Shown: one piece after another, positions 6,425-13,800 of the stretch
Position numbering within the stretch: the first letter of the stretch is position 1
Layout: each line of letters starts with the position of its first letter
Assembly (NCBI GenBank): GCA_043754515.1
Contig: JAYUUO010000076.1
Span: 1 to 15,141 of the forward strand
Length of the DNA stretch: 15,141 bases
Source of the DNA: Armatimonadota bacterium
Lineage (GTDB): Bacteria; Armatimonadota; Armatimonadia; Armatimonadales; Armatimonadaceae
Direction of reading: 5' to 3'
Notes under the pieces: model-generated
What the model saw: only the letters and a program-made list of their open reading frames with translations
Told to the model about the DNA's origin: nothing
Database searches by the model: none
Position numbers and translations under genes: made by a program

Positions 6425-6876
6425 ACCGACAGCCCGCCGCGCCACTCCCGAATCTGTGCCGCGAGCGCGGACAACGAATCCGTCACCCGCGTGGCGGGGC
6501 GGGCGAGACCGAGTCGTACGCACACATCCTCCCACCGGGCGTAGCCCGCGTGGCAACCCACGAATACAGGCGCGGTACGCTCGAGCGCGCCCCCCAACTC
6601 GAATAGCGTGATCGGGCACAGTGTCTCGTGGGGGAACCAGAACTGCACCGCCGTCGCCTCCCGCAGGTAACGATACTCCCACTCGATCTGCTCCCTGGTC
6701 GCGGAGGGACCGGTTGTGTCGAAGTCGTCGCGGCGCGGGTTCAGAAGAGTCAGCCGCGTCTCCGCGGGTAGACCGATCATCGCGCCCTGCCAGTCTCCGC
6801 AACCAGAGATGCCACCCGCGAGGAAGAGCGACGGGCTGGGAACGGCTTCCAGGATGGGAGCGGTTATAATTTTCAT
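6421..6876 (-). CDS. Nucleoside 2-deoxyribosyltransferase-like protein (Nuc_deoxyri_tr2 type)
   Basis: SLFLAGGI...DWQ, LLNPRR..F, EQIEWE...L..A and FWFP.ETLCPITLFELG match this family's pattern. Confidence 0.82.
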   Translation of the reverse strand: MKIITAPILEAVPSPSLFLAGGISGCGDWQGAMIGLPAETRLTLLNPRRDDFDTTGPSATREQIEWEYRYLREATAVQFWFPHETLCPITLFELGGALERTAPVFVGCHAGYARWEDVCVRLGLARPATRVTDSLSALAAQIREWRGGLSV

Positions 6877-7056
6877 GCCGTCCCGCTATACCTGATACCC
6901 GTAGTCACCGACAAGATGATTCGCGCAATATCGCGCCGTCAGGTTCGTTCGCCCTACTTCCTGGGTAAGTATGGGTTACAAACGCATCGGTAGTTGGGCG
7001 CGGGATGCCCGAATGCGCTAATGCATTAGTAGCTGGTATTAGGAATGAGATGCACA

Positions 7057-7632
7057 ATGAATACGAAACGCAACAATGAGATCAAAGCAGTCGTCGCCGC
7101 CTTGACAGTCGCGGCGGCGGTCGTGTCGGGGTTACTTACCGTCAGGGGCGCGGATGCCGCGCCGCAGGTGGCGGGAAAAAACCGCGTGAGTCGGAGCCAT
7201 CATCGCAAGCCGGTGGTAGTTAAAATCGCGGGTAGTCGGCGCGCCGCCGAGTCGCGGGCCGAGTCGCTTTACTCGGGTGCTGTCGCGAAGAAGGACGCCG
7301 CCCGAGCCGCCGCTGTCGCCGCGTCCGCCGCGATGAGGAATCGGACGAATAACGACCCGAGCACGGTTCAGAATGGGAATGACAGGAATATTCCCCTGCC
7401 TGTCAACACGAACGTAATTGGGTTCGGCCCGAACACGAATATTCAGACTGGTTACGGAACGTCTTACAGCGGTTACGGGCAGTCGCTTATCTATCCGGGA
7501 GTGGGAAACTTGAACACCACAATTGTGGGCGGATATCCGAACAGTCCGGCGGGATTCAGCACCACAACCGGCCCGCTGATCTACAACAACGGCGTGTTTT
7601 CGATCAACGACGGCTTCTCTTTCGGCTTCTAG
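7057..7632 (+). CDS. Hypothetical secreted protein with Gly/Asn/Thr/aromatic-rich C-terminal half (alternative start 7045)
   Basis: Signal peptide ending ADA|A; AGGA at 7041-7044 is better spaced for ATG 7057; followed by a terminator. Confidence 0.7.
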   Translation: MNTKRNNEIKAVVAALTVAAAVVSGLLTVRGADAAPQVAGKNRVSRSHHRKPVVVKIAGSRRAAESRAESLYSGAVAKKDAARAAAVAASAAMRNRTNNDPSTVQNGNDRNIPLPVNTNVIGFGPNTNIQTGYGTSYSGYGQSLIYPGVGNLNTTIVGGYPNSPAGFSTTTGPLIYNNGVFSINDGFSFGF

Positions 7633-7652
7633 AAGGGCTGTCCTTGCCGTGC

Positions 7653-7680
7653 GCCCCGGTCTGACCGCCGGGGTTTTTTT
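7653..7680 (+). terminator. Rho-independent terminator
   Basis: CCCCGG (7654-7659) / CCGGGG (7668-7673) stem followed by T7. Confidence 0.75.
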
Positions 7681-8656
7681 AATCACGTGGGATCAGATAG
7701 ATGCGCGGCTTCTCGAAGATGATTTGACTCCGGTGCTTGAGCGTGTTCGCCCCGCCGTAGTAAGAGCCGTAAGTAGGGGCGATGTCCCCGTAGTCGCGCC
7801 CCGCCGCTACCGCGATGTATCGCTCCGATACCCATTTGTTGTAAGTCGGGTCGACGGGCCACCAGCAGAGTAGATCCGGCGACGCTGGGTGCGGTAGACA
7901 TGCCTCTGCCCACGCGTGCATTACGCCCTCGCCGGGGACGCAACCGGAGACGTAGCGGGCCGGTACGCCGTTGAGTCGGCAGAGCGTTAGCAGAATGTGC
8001 GTGAAGTCCTGACAGACGCCTTGTTTCTCTTGCCAAGCCTCCGCCGCGCGTGTGCCGACCCCTGTCGACCCGGACTGAAACCGCATCCGGCGGTGTACGA
8101 AGTCGGCATATGCTTTGAGGCACTTCAGAGGGGGCATGTCGGTGGTCTCCTCCGCGACGGCGCGGGCAGCATCGGCAAGCGCGGAGTCGGGCTGTGTTCG
8201 GGTCGTCGGACCGAGGTAGTCAGATGGCGGGCGGCCCGCGTGGCTCTCCAGTGGTACGGGCGTGGGTAGCGATAGCCCGTCGCTCCCGTAGGTGCCCAGC
8301 GTCTCGACCACGGAGGCGACCACCAGCGTTTGATGCTCCCGCACCTGCTCCTGGTGGACCTCGATTACGCTGTTGCCCCACGCGTCGGTGTAGCGGGGCG
8401 TGGAGTGCGGAGCCGGGGCGACGCGCACCTCGTCGGCGAGCAGGTGCTGGTAGCCGCGTTCGGTAGGCGAGACCAGGCGTAGGGCGGTCGTCACCTGGCG
8501 CGCCCCCCGCTCATACACGTAATCAGCGGAGTGGGTGGCGCGGAGCAAGGCGACATTGATCGCCACCGTCTCGGGCACAAACGGCGCGGACGGAATCGGC
8601 GCGGGTGGCCCGTCGGGGGGGCGGTACGCTTTCGCGGTTTCGGCTACGGTTCCCAT
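7679..8656 (-). CDS. Transglutaminase-like family protein (bacterial transglutaminase N-terminal domain plus core); alternative TTG start 8668
   Basis: Catalytic triad motifs GVCQDFTH, HAWAE and VDPT; PARYVSG; GRDYGDIAP; N-terminal H...Y.Y...V......LRL and D.WGN. Confidence 0.9.
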   Translation of the reverse strand: MGTVAETAKAYRPPDGPPAPIPSAPFVPETVAINVALLRATHSADYVYERGARQVTTALRLVSPTERGYQHLLADEVRVAPAPHSTPRYTDAWGNSVIEVHQEQVREHQTLVVASVVETLGTYGSDGLSLPTPVPLESHAGRPPSDYLGPTTRTQPDSALADAARAVAEETTDMPPLKCLKAYADFVHRRMRFQSGSTGVGTRAAEAWQEKQGVCQDFTHILLTLCRLNGVPARYVSGCVPGEGVMHAWAEACLPHPASPDLLCWWPVDPTYNKWVSERYIAVAAGRDYGDIAPTYGSYYGGANTLKHRSQIIFEKPRIYLIPRD

Positions 8657-8703
8657 CTTTATGTTCAACCAATCGCCGCGACGTCGCGGTCCCCGTTTTC
8701 GTG

Positions 8704-8712
8704 ATTATAGCA
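8704..8712 (-). promoter_or_regulatory. Extended -10 promoter (TGCTATAAT) for the transglutaminase gene
   Basis: The plus strand ATTATAGCA lies about 48 nt upstream of ATG 8656; palindrome CCGCGACGTCGCGG (8676-8689) in the leader. Confidence 0.6.
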
Positions 8713-8796
8713 CGGGAAATCTTCCCGCAGGACGCGCGGACGAAAATCCACCCGACGAAGGTTTCGATGCGTCATCTGGCGAACGTTGCTATTGAC

Positions 8797-9516
8797 ATGA
8801 GCATGCCCCAACCCGTTGACACAAGCCAGGAGCCGCCGCCGGTTATCACGCCGCCTGTGCCGCCGATCGTTGTTGTAAACCCGGCACCGCCGACTGGTCC
8901 CGCGGTAAATCCGTGGTCGGTAAACCCGTGGTCGGTTCGCCCCGCCGCGGCTGAACAGAGTTACCCGTCCGTGACCTACGTCTCGACCCGCGCGATGGGG
9001 CTACGCGCGGAACTCGGCACGCTCCGCTACTTCCCGTGGTCCTCGCTCTGCGGTGTCGTAGCCGCTTCGATGTGGCCGATCTTGATTATTATCGCCAATG
9101 GCGCGGGCGACCCGCTCCGTCTGACCGGGTACATCCTCCTCGCTTTTCTCGGTTCCGCAGTCTTTATCGCGCTCGTCGCCGCCGCTCTTTTCCTGAGTCG
9201 CTACCCGAACAGCCGGTCAACGCGGCAGTTCACGTACACAATGACGCCGTACGGTATGCAGGGACGCGGCCCGAATGGCACAACGTATAACGCGTGGAAA
9301 TCGCTTCGCTGGGCAAGACGTTACGGAGATGATCTCTTTTTTAGCTACGGCATAAACGTGAAACAATATGTCCCGGTCGAGGCGTTCCGGGACGGCGCGA
9401 GTGCCGAGCGGTTCATGCGGGCGGCTCTCGACTTGAAATCCTCGAACGGTAACTTCGCCACGATCGCGCCCGAAGTACTCGCCGAGTTCACCGCCCCGCC
9501 AAAGCAACCCGTCTAA
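8797..9516 (+). CDS. Membrane protein: Pro-rich N-terminus, two TM helices, YcxB-like C-terminal domain
   Basis: Two hydrophobic segments followed by YTMTPYGM...AWKSL...LFF....YVPVEAF...F, a YcxB-like pattern. Start moved from 8605 to ATG 8797 (or 8803) to avoid overlapping the divergent gene and its promoter. Confidence 0.65.
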   Translation: MSMPQPVDTSQEPPPVITPPVPPIVVVNPAPPTGPAVNPWSVNPWSVRPAAAEQSYPSVTYVSTRAMGLRAELGTLRYFPWSSLCGVVAASMWPILIIIANGAGDPLRLTGYILLAFLGSAVFIALVAAALFLSRYPNSRSTRQFTYTMTPYGMQGRGPNGTTYNAWKSLRWARRYGDDLFFSYGINVKQYVPVEAFRDGASAERFMRAALDLKSSNGNFATIAPEVLAEFTAPPKQPV

Positions 9517-9602
9517 ATAGGCACCCTGATCCGGCGTCGCACGAACCGGGAACCGGGGTTCCGTGTCGCGGTTTCTAAAGGGTAGAAAGCAAACCTGATC
9601 GT

Positions 9603-10523
9603 ATGTCCGTGCCGAGCCTGACCGAACCCCGCACACCCACGAAGCAAGCCGTCTACATCCAGGCGTTACGTGCCTACTCGCTCCCCGCGAGCGTCGCCAG
9701 CGTTCTGGTCGGCGCGGCACTCGCGGGGCGCGGCTATTTCGCGGCGGGTGGTGTCGGCGCGTTCTCGCCGCTTGTGTTGCTCTTGACGTTGCTCGGAGGG
9801 GTACTCGCGCATCTCGCGGGTAATGTGTTCAACGATTATTACGACTTCGTCCGGGGCGTGGATACAAAGCCGGAGCAGGGGAGCGGCGTGCTAACGCAGG
9901 GCCTGCTAACGAAAGAGGAGATGTTCCGGTTTGGCGCGTTGCTCCTCGCGGGCGCGGCGGTTTGCGGCATCGCGCTCCTGCTGGTCGCGCCCGCCACTCT
10001 CTCGTTGGTCGTCCCGCTCGCGCTTTTTGGTGCCTTCGCCGCGATTGTCTACGCGGCGTCCCTGAAACAGTTCGCGCTCGGCGACCTGCTCATCATGCTG
10101 TCGTTCGGTCTAGGACTCACGCTCGGCGCGTACGGTACGCAGGTGCCGATTCACTCGGCGGGGCAGGTCGCGCGAGTGCTCCTCGCCGCGCTCCCGCTGA
10201 CATTTCTGGTGGACGCGATCTTGCACGCGAACAACGTCCGCGACCGCGCCGACGACTGGACGGCGGGCGTACGGACGGTCGCAACACTACTGAGCGAGTC
10301 GGCCAACCGCGCCGTATATGCCTTTCTCCTGTTCGCGCCGGTTGGGATCGTGGTGCTCCTCGCGCTGCTCCGCGTCCTGCCGCTGGCGTGTCTGTCCATG
10401 ATGCTGACACTGCCGGTACTCATCAAAGGCTTTCGCACGGGCGACGTACCGTTCGTCGCGCAATCGCATCTGCTGTTCGGGGTGTTGTACGCGCTGTCTA
10501 TCGCGGTTTCGCCGCGCCCGTAG
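9603..10523 (+). CDS. menA: UbiA-superfamily prenyltransferase, MenA-like (1,4-dihydroxy-2-naphthoate polyprenyltransferase)
   Basis: Asp-rich motifs NDYYDFVRGVD and NNVRDRADD..AGVRTVA; LRAYSLPAS N-terminus; multiple TM helices. Confidence 0.75.
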   Translation: MSVPSLTEPRTPTKQAVYIQALRAYSLPASVASVLVGAALAGRGYFAAGGVGAFSPLVLLLTLLGGVLAHLAGNVFNDYYDFVRGVDTKPEQGSGVLTQGLLTKEEMFRFGALLLAGAAVCGIALLLVAPATLSLVVPLALFGAFAAIVYAASLKQFALGDLLIMLSFGLGLTLGAYGTQVPIHSAGQVARVLLAALPLTFLVDAILHANNVRDRADDWTAGVRTVATLLSESANRAVYAFLLFAPVGIVVLLALLRVLPLACLSMMLTLPVLIKGFRTGDVPFVAQSHLLFGVLYALSIAVSPRP

Positions 10524-10543
10524 TGTAGCGTTCGCCCGCGCCG

Positions 10544-10572
10544 TTGCCATCATCCCGGCCCGGTGCTATAAT
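10544..10572 (+). promoter_or_regulatory. Sigma70 promoter of the glmU-prs-pth operon
   Basis: TTGCCA (10544-10549), 17-nt spacer, TG-C-TATAAT (-10 at 10567-10572). Confidence 0.8.
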
Positions 10573-10650
10573 CCGTGCATCCGCCCCGCCGCCAAATGAC
10601 CCGCGCCTATCCGTGTCTCGCGGGGACGAGAAGGATGCCGATACCCGCTT

Positions 10651-12084
10651 ATGCCTGATGTTCTCGTACCGCCGCTCGCCGCTGTTGTTCTCGCGGCGGG
10701 CAAGTCCACCCGGATGCGCTCCCGCCTGCCTAAAGTCCTGCACCCCGTTTGCGGGCGTCCCATACTCGCGCATATTCTGCACGCGCTCGCGGACGCCGGG
10801 GTGTCGCGGCGAATAGCGGTCATCGGGCATCAGGCGGAGACCGTGCGCGAGGCGATGGAGGGACACTTCGGCGCGGGGCATCTGGAGTATGCCTATCAGA
10901 CTGAACAACAGGGTACCGGCCACGCGGTGATGATGGCGGAAAGTACCCTCGCGGACTTCGACGGCACGGTGTTGGTGCTAGCGGGCGACACGCCGCTTCT
11001 GTCCGCCGAGGTCCTCGGGTTCTTACTCAGTCAGCACCATGGCAGTCGGGCGACCGCGACCGTTCTGACCGCCGTGTTGCCCGACGCCGGGGCTTACGGG
11101 CGGATCATCCGGGGCGACGGGGGCGAGGTGCTGGACATCGTGGAAGCCCGCGACGCCACCCCGGAACAGAAAGAGATTCGGGAGATTAACACCGGCGTCT
11201 TCGCGTTTCGTGCCCGAACTCTTTTCGCCGCGCTCCGTAATCTGCGCCCTGACAACGCGCAGGGCGAGCTGTATCTGACCGACGTTTTGGCCATTCTACG
11301 GCGCGGCGGGAACACCGTGCGTGCCGTCGTTTCGCCCGACTCGGATGTGATTCTGGGCGTCAACACCCGCGTCGAACTCGCCGAGATCGGCGCGAAAATG
11401 CGCGCGCGGATATTGAAGGGCCTGATGCTCGCCGGGGTGACGGTTGAGGACCCGGCGAATACCTACGTGGACGCGGGGGTGGTGGTCGGGCAGGACACGA
11501 CGCTGCTGCCGCTCACCCGCCTGATGGGAGAAACGGTTATCGGCGAGGGTTGCCTGATCGGCCCGAGTGCCAACATCACCGACGCGATTATCGGCGACTA
11601 TGTGAAAGCGCGGGCCTGTTTCGTGGAATCGGCGGTGATCGGTGACCACTGCAAAATCGGGCCGTTCGCGCATGTCCGCCCCGGTTCGCGCCTGGAGCAC
11701 GGGGCGCGGGTCGGAAACTTCGTCGAGATCAAAAACGCCACGCTGGGTGCGCATGTCGCCGCCGGGCATCTGTCTTACCTCGGCGACGCGATTATAGGTG
11801 CCGGTACCAACATCGGGGCGGGCACGATTACCTGCAACTACGACGGGTACGCGAAGCACAAAACCGTGATCGGGGAGAATGTTTTCGTAGGCACGCACGC
11901 GACGCTGATCGCGCCGGTTATGGTAGGGGATGGGGCGTTCGTCGCGGCAGGATCGGCTATTACGGACGAGGTACCCGCCGGCGCGCTCGCGGTCGCGCGG
12001 GCGCGGCAGACCACGAAACCCGGATGGGCCGCGCGTCGCCGCTCGGAAAAAGCGATACAATCCGCTTCGGAACCCAAACCATGA
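10651..12084 (+). CDS. glmU: Bifunctional UDP-N-acetylglucosamine pyrophosphorylase / glucosamine-1-phosphate N-acetyltransferase
   Basis: LAAGKSTRM.S.LPKVLH, QQGTGHAV, GDTPL, EINTG, NAQGELYLTD, hexapeptide repeats, HLSYLGDA and GAGTITCNYDG. Confidence 0.97.
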   Translation: MPDVLVPPLAAVVLAAGKSTRMRSRLPKVLHPVCGRPILAHILHALADAGVSRRIAVIGHQAETVREAMEGHFGAGHLEYAYQTEQQGTGHAVMMAESTLADFDGTVLVLAGDTPLLSAEVLGFLLSQHHGSRATATVLTAVLPDAGAYGRIIRGDGGEVLDIVEARDATPEQKEIREINTGVFAFRARTLFAALRNLRPDNAQGELYLTDVLAILRRGGNTVRAVVSPDSDVILGVNTRVELAEIGAKMRARILKGLMLAGVTVEDPANTYVDAGVVVGQDTTLLPLTRLMGETVIGEGCLIGPSANITDAIIGDYVKARACFVESAVIGDHCKIGPFAHVRPGSRLEHGARVGNFVEIKNATLGAHVAAGHLSYLGDAIIGAGTNIGAGTITCNYDGYAKHKTVIGENVFVGTHATLIAPVMVGDGAFVAAGSAITDEVPAGALAVARARQTTKPGWAARRRSEKAIQSASEPKP

Positions 12085-13037
12085 GCAATCTACGTCTCTT
12101 CGCTGGAAACGCGCATCCTGTTCTGGCGAAGTCAATCGCGCACCATGCGGGGGTTCCGCTCGGGGAAGTGATGGTGACCCGCTTCAACGACGGCGAGATT
12201 CGGGTGCAGGTCGAAGAATCGGCGCGGGGAAACGACATCTTCATTGTTCAGCCGACCTGTGCTCCAGTGAACGACAATCTGATGGAACTGTTAATCATGG
12301 TAGACGCGTTCCGAAGGGCGTCGGCGCAACGCGTGACGGTAGTGTTGCCTTACTATGGCTACGCGCGCCAGGACAAGAAAACGAAGCCCCGCGAGCCGGT
12401 TACGGCCCGCCTGATCGCGGACCTGCTGGAAAACAGCGGCGTCACGCGCGTGGTGTGCGTGGACCTTCATGCCGCGCAGATACAGGGATTCTTCCGCATC
12501 CCGGTGGACCATCTTTACGCGGGGCCTTTGATCGCGGATTATCTAGCGGCGAACGGCTACATTGACGGCAATACGTGCGTTGTGTCCCCCGATGTCGGCG
12601 GCGTCGCCCGCGCCTCCGCGCTGGCGGAAACGCTCAAAACGAGCATCGCCATCATCGCCAAGCGGCGCCCGGAACCGGGGCGCGTGGAGATCGTGGAGAT
12701 CATCGGCGACGTGCGCGGCAAGCGGTGCGTGCTGATTGATGACATGATTGACACCGGGGGGAGCATGGTAGGCGGCGCGGAGACACTTATAGGGCGCGGC
12801 GCGGCGGAGGTCATTGCCTGCTGTACGCACCCGATTCTGTCCCATAGTGCCATGGAGCGCATCGCCGCTTCCCCGATCCGCAAGGTGATTACCACCGATA
12901 CTATTCCCTTCAAATGGCCCCAATTCATTCGAGACGGGCACGTCGAAGTGCTGTCCGTCGCGCCGCTACTCGCGGACGCGATCCAGCGCATCCACAACGA
13001 CGATTCCGTGTCGGTGCTGTTCGATCGCACGTGGTAG
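12081..13037 (+). CDS. prs: Ribose-phosphate pyrophosphokinase (PRPP synthetase)
   Basis: FNDGEI, YYGYARQD, DLHAAQIQGFF, VSPDVGG and IDDMIDTGGS. The true start is ATG 12081, overlapping the glmU stop (ATGA). Confidence 0.97.
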   Translation: MSNLRLFAGNAHPVLAKSIAHHAGVPLGEVMVTRFNDGEIRVQVEESARGNDIFIVQPTCAPVNDNLMELLIMVDAFRRASAQRVTVVLPYYGYARQDKKTKPREPVTARLIADLLENSGVTRVVCVDLHAAQIQGFFRIPVDHLYAGPLIADYLAANGYIDGNTCVVSPDVGGVARASALAETLKTSIAIIAKRRPEPGRVEIVEIIGDVRGKRCVLIDDMIDTGGSMVGGAETLIGRGAAEVIACCTHPILSHSAMERIAASPIRKVITTDTIPFKWPQFIRDGHVEVLSVAPLLADAIQRIHNDDSVSVLFDRTW

Positions 13038-13050
13038 AATCAGGACGCTT

Positions 13051-13683
13051 ATGAGCATCGGGGAACGCACCGGCGGGAAGAGCGCGGTTCGGCTGATCAT
13101 CGGGCTGGGAAACCCCGGCGCGGAGTACGTGGGAACGCGGCACAACGTCGGCTTCGACCTTGTTGACCGCCTCGCCGCCGCGCACGGAATCCGGGTGGAC
13201 GAGCGGATCAAAGGGGTTCGCGCCCTGGTTGGCCGGGGGCGGATCGGCGACAAGCCGGTATTGCTAGCCAAGCCGCTGACATACATGAACGCGTCCGGGG
13301 AGGCGGTGCTCGCCCTCGCCCGCGGGGAACTTGCCGTGACAGGCCTGAACGGCGTAGAGAGCCTCGAAATCGGCAACCTTTTCGTGGTCTGCGACGACAT
13401 ACATTTGCCGGTGGGCAAGATACGTCTGCGTGCGCAAGGCTCGTCGGGCGGGCAGAACGGCCTGAAGTCGGTCGCGCTGGAACTCGGGTCGCAGAACTTC
13501 GCCCGCCTGCGGATGGGGGTCGGGGAGCCGCCAGCCGACCAGCAGATAGAGTGGGTCCTCGGCAAGTTCGGCCGCGCCGACCGCGCGGCGATTGATGAGA
13601 CGCTGATCACCGCGATGGGCGCGGCGGAGGTTTGGGTCGCGGAGGGCATCGAACGGGCAATGAGCCGCTTCAACGCGATTTGA
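13051..13683 (+). CDS. pth: Peptidyl-tRNA hydrolase
   Basis: LIIGLGNPG..Y..TRHNVGF, KPLTYMNASG, DDIHL, GG.NGLKS, RLRMGVG and WVLGKF. Confidence 0.95.
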   Translation: MSIGERTGGKSAVRLIIGLGNPGAEYVGTRHNVGFDLVDRLAAAHGIRVDERIKGVRALVGRGRIGDKPVLLAKPLTYMNASGEAVLALARGELAVTGLNGVESLEIGNLFVVCDDIHLPVGKIRLRAQGSSGGQNGLKSVALELGSQNFARLRMGVGEPPADQQIEWVLGKFGRADRAAIDETLITAMGAAEVWVAEGIERAMSRFNAI

Positions 13684-13722
13684 ATACAGGTCATTAGGAA
13701 AATCGGTAAATAATCCCTCCCA

Positions 13723-13760
13723 TTCCACAGGAGAAGCCGATGGCTTCGTGGAATATTGTT
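13723..13760 (+). terminator. Possible terminator hairpin after pth
   Basis: TTCCAC/GTGGAA and GAAGCC/GGCTTC stems with a 4-nt bulge, followed by TATTGTT. Confidence 0.4.
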
Positions 13761-13800
13761 GACACAATCGGTACCCCCTACACCCAGAAAAGGTAACGCC

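Noticed and set aside
8605..8796. N-terminal extension of the 303-aa ORF
   Set aside because: Overlaps the divergent transglutaminase start and its promoter; ATG 8797 or 8803 is more plausible.
10696..10716. GlmU signature reads AGKSTRM rather than AGKGTRM
   Set aside because: A single conservative change with all other motifs intact; no reason to infer altered function.
12024..12080. Longer start for prs
   Set aside because: Lies inside glmU; Prs homology starts at MSNLRLFAG, and the ATGA overlap supports 12081.
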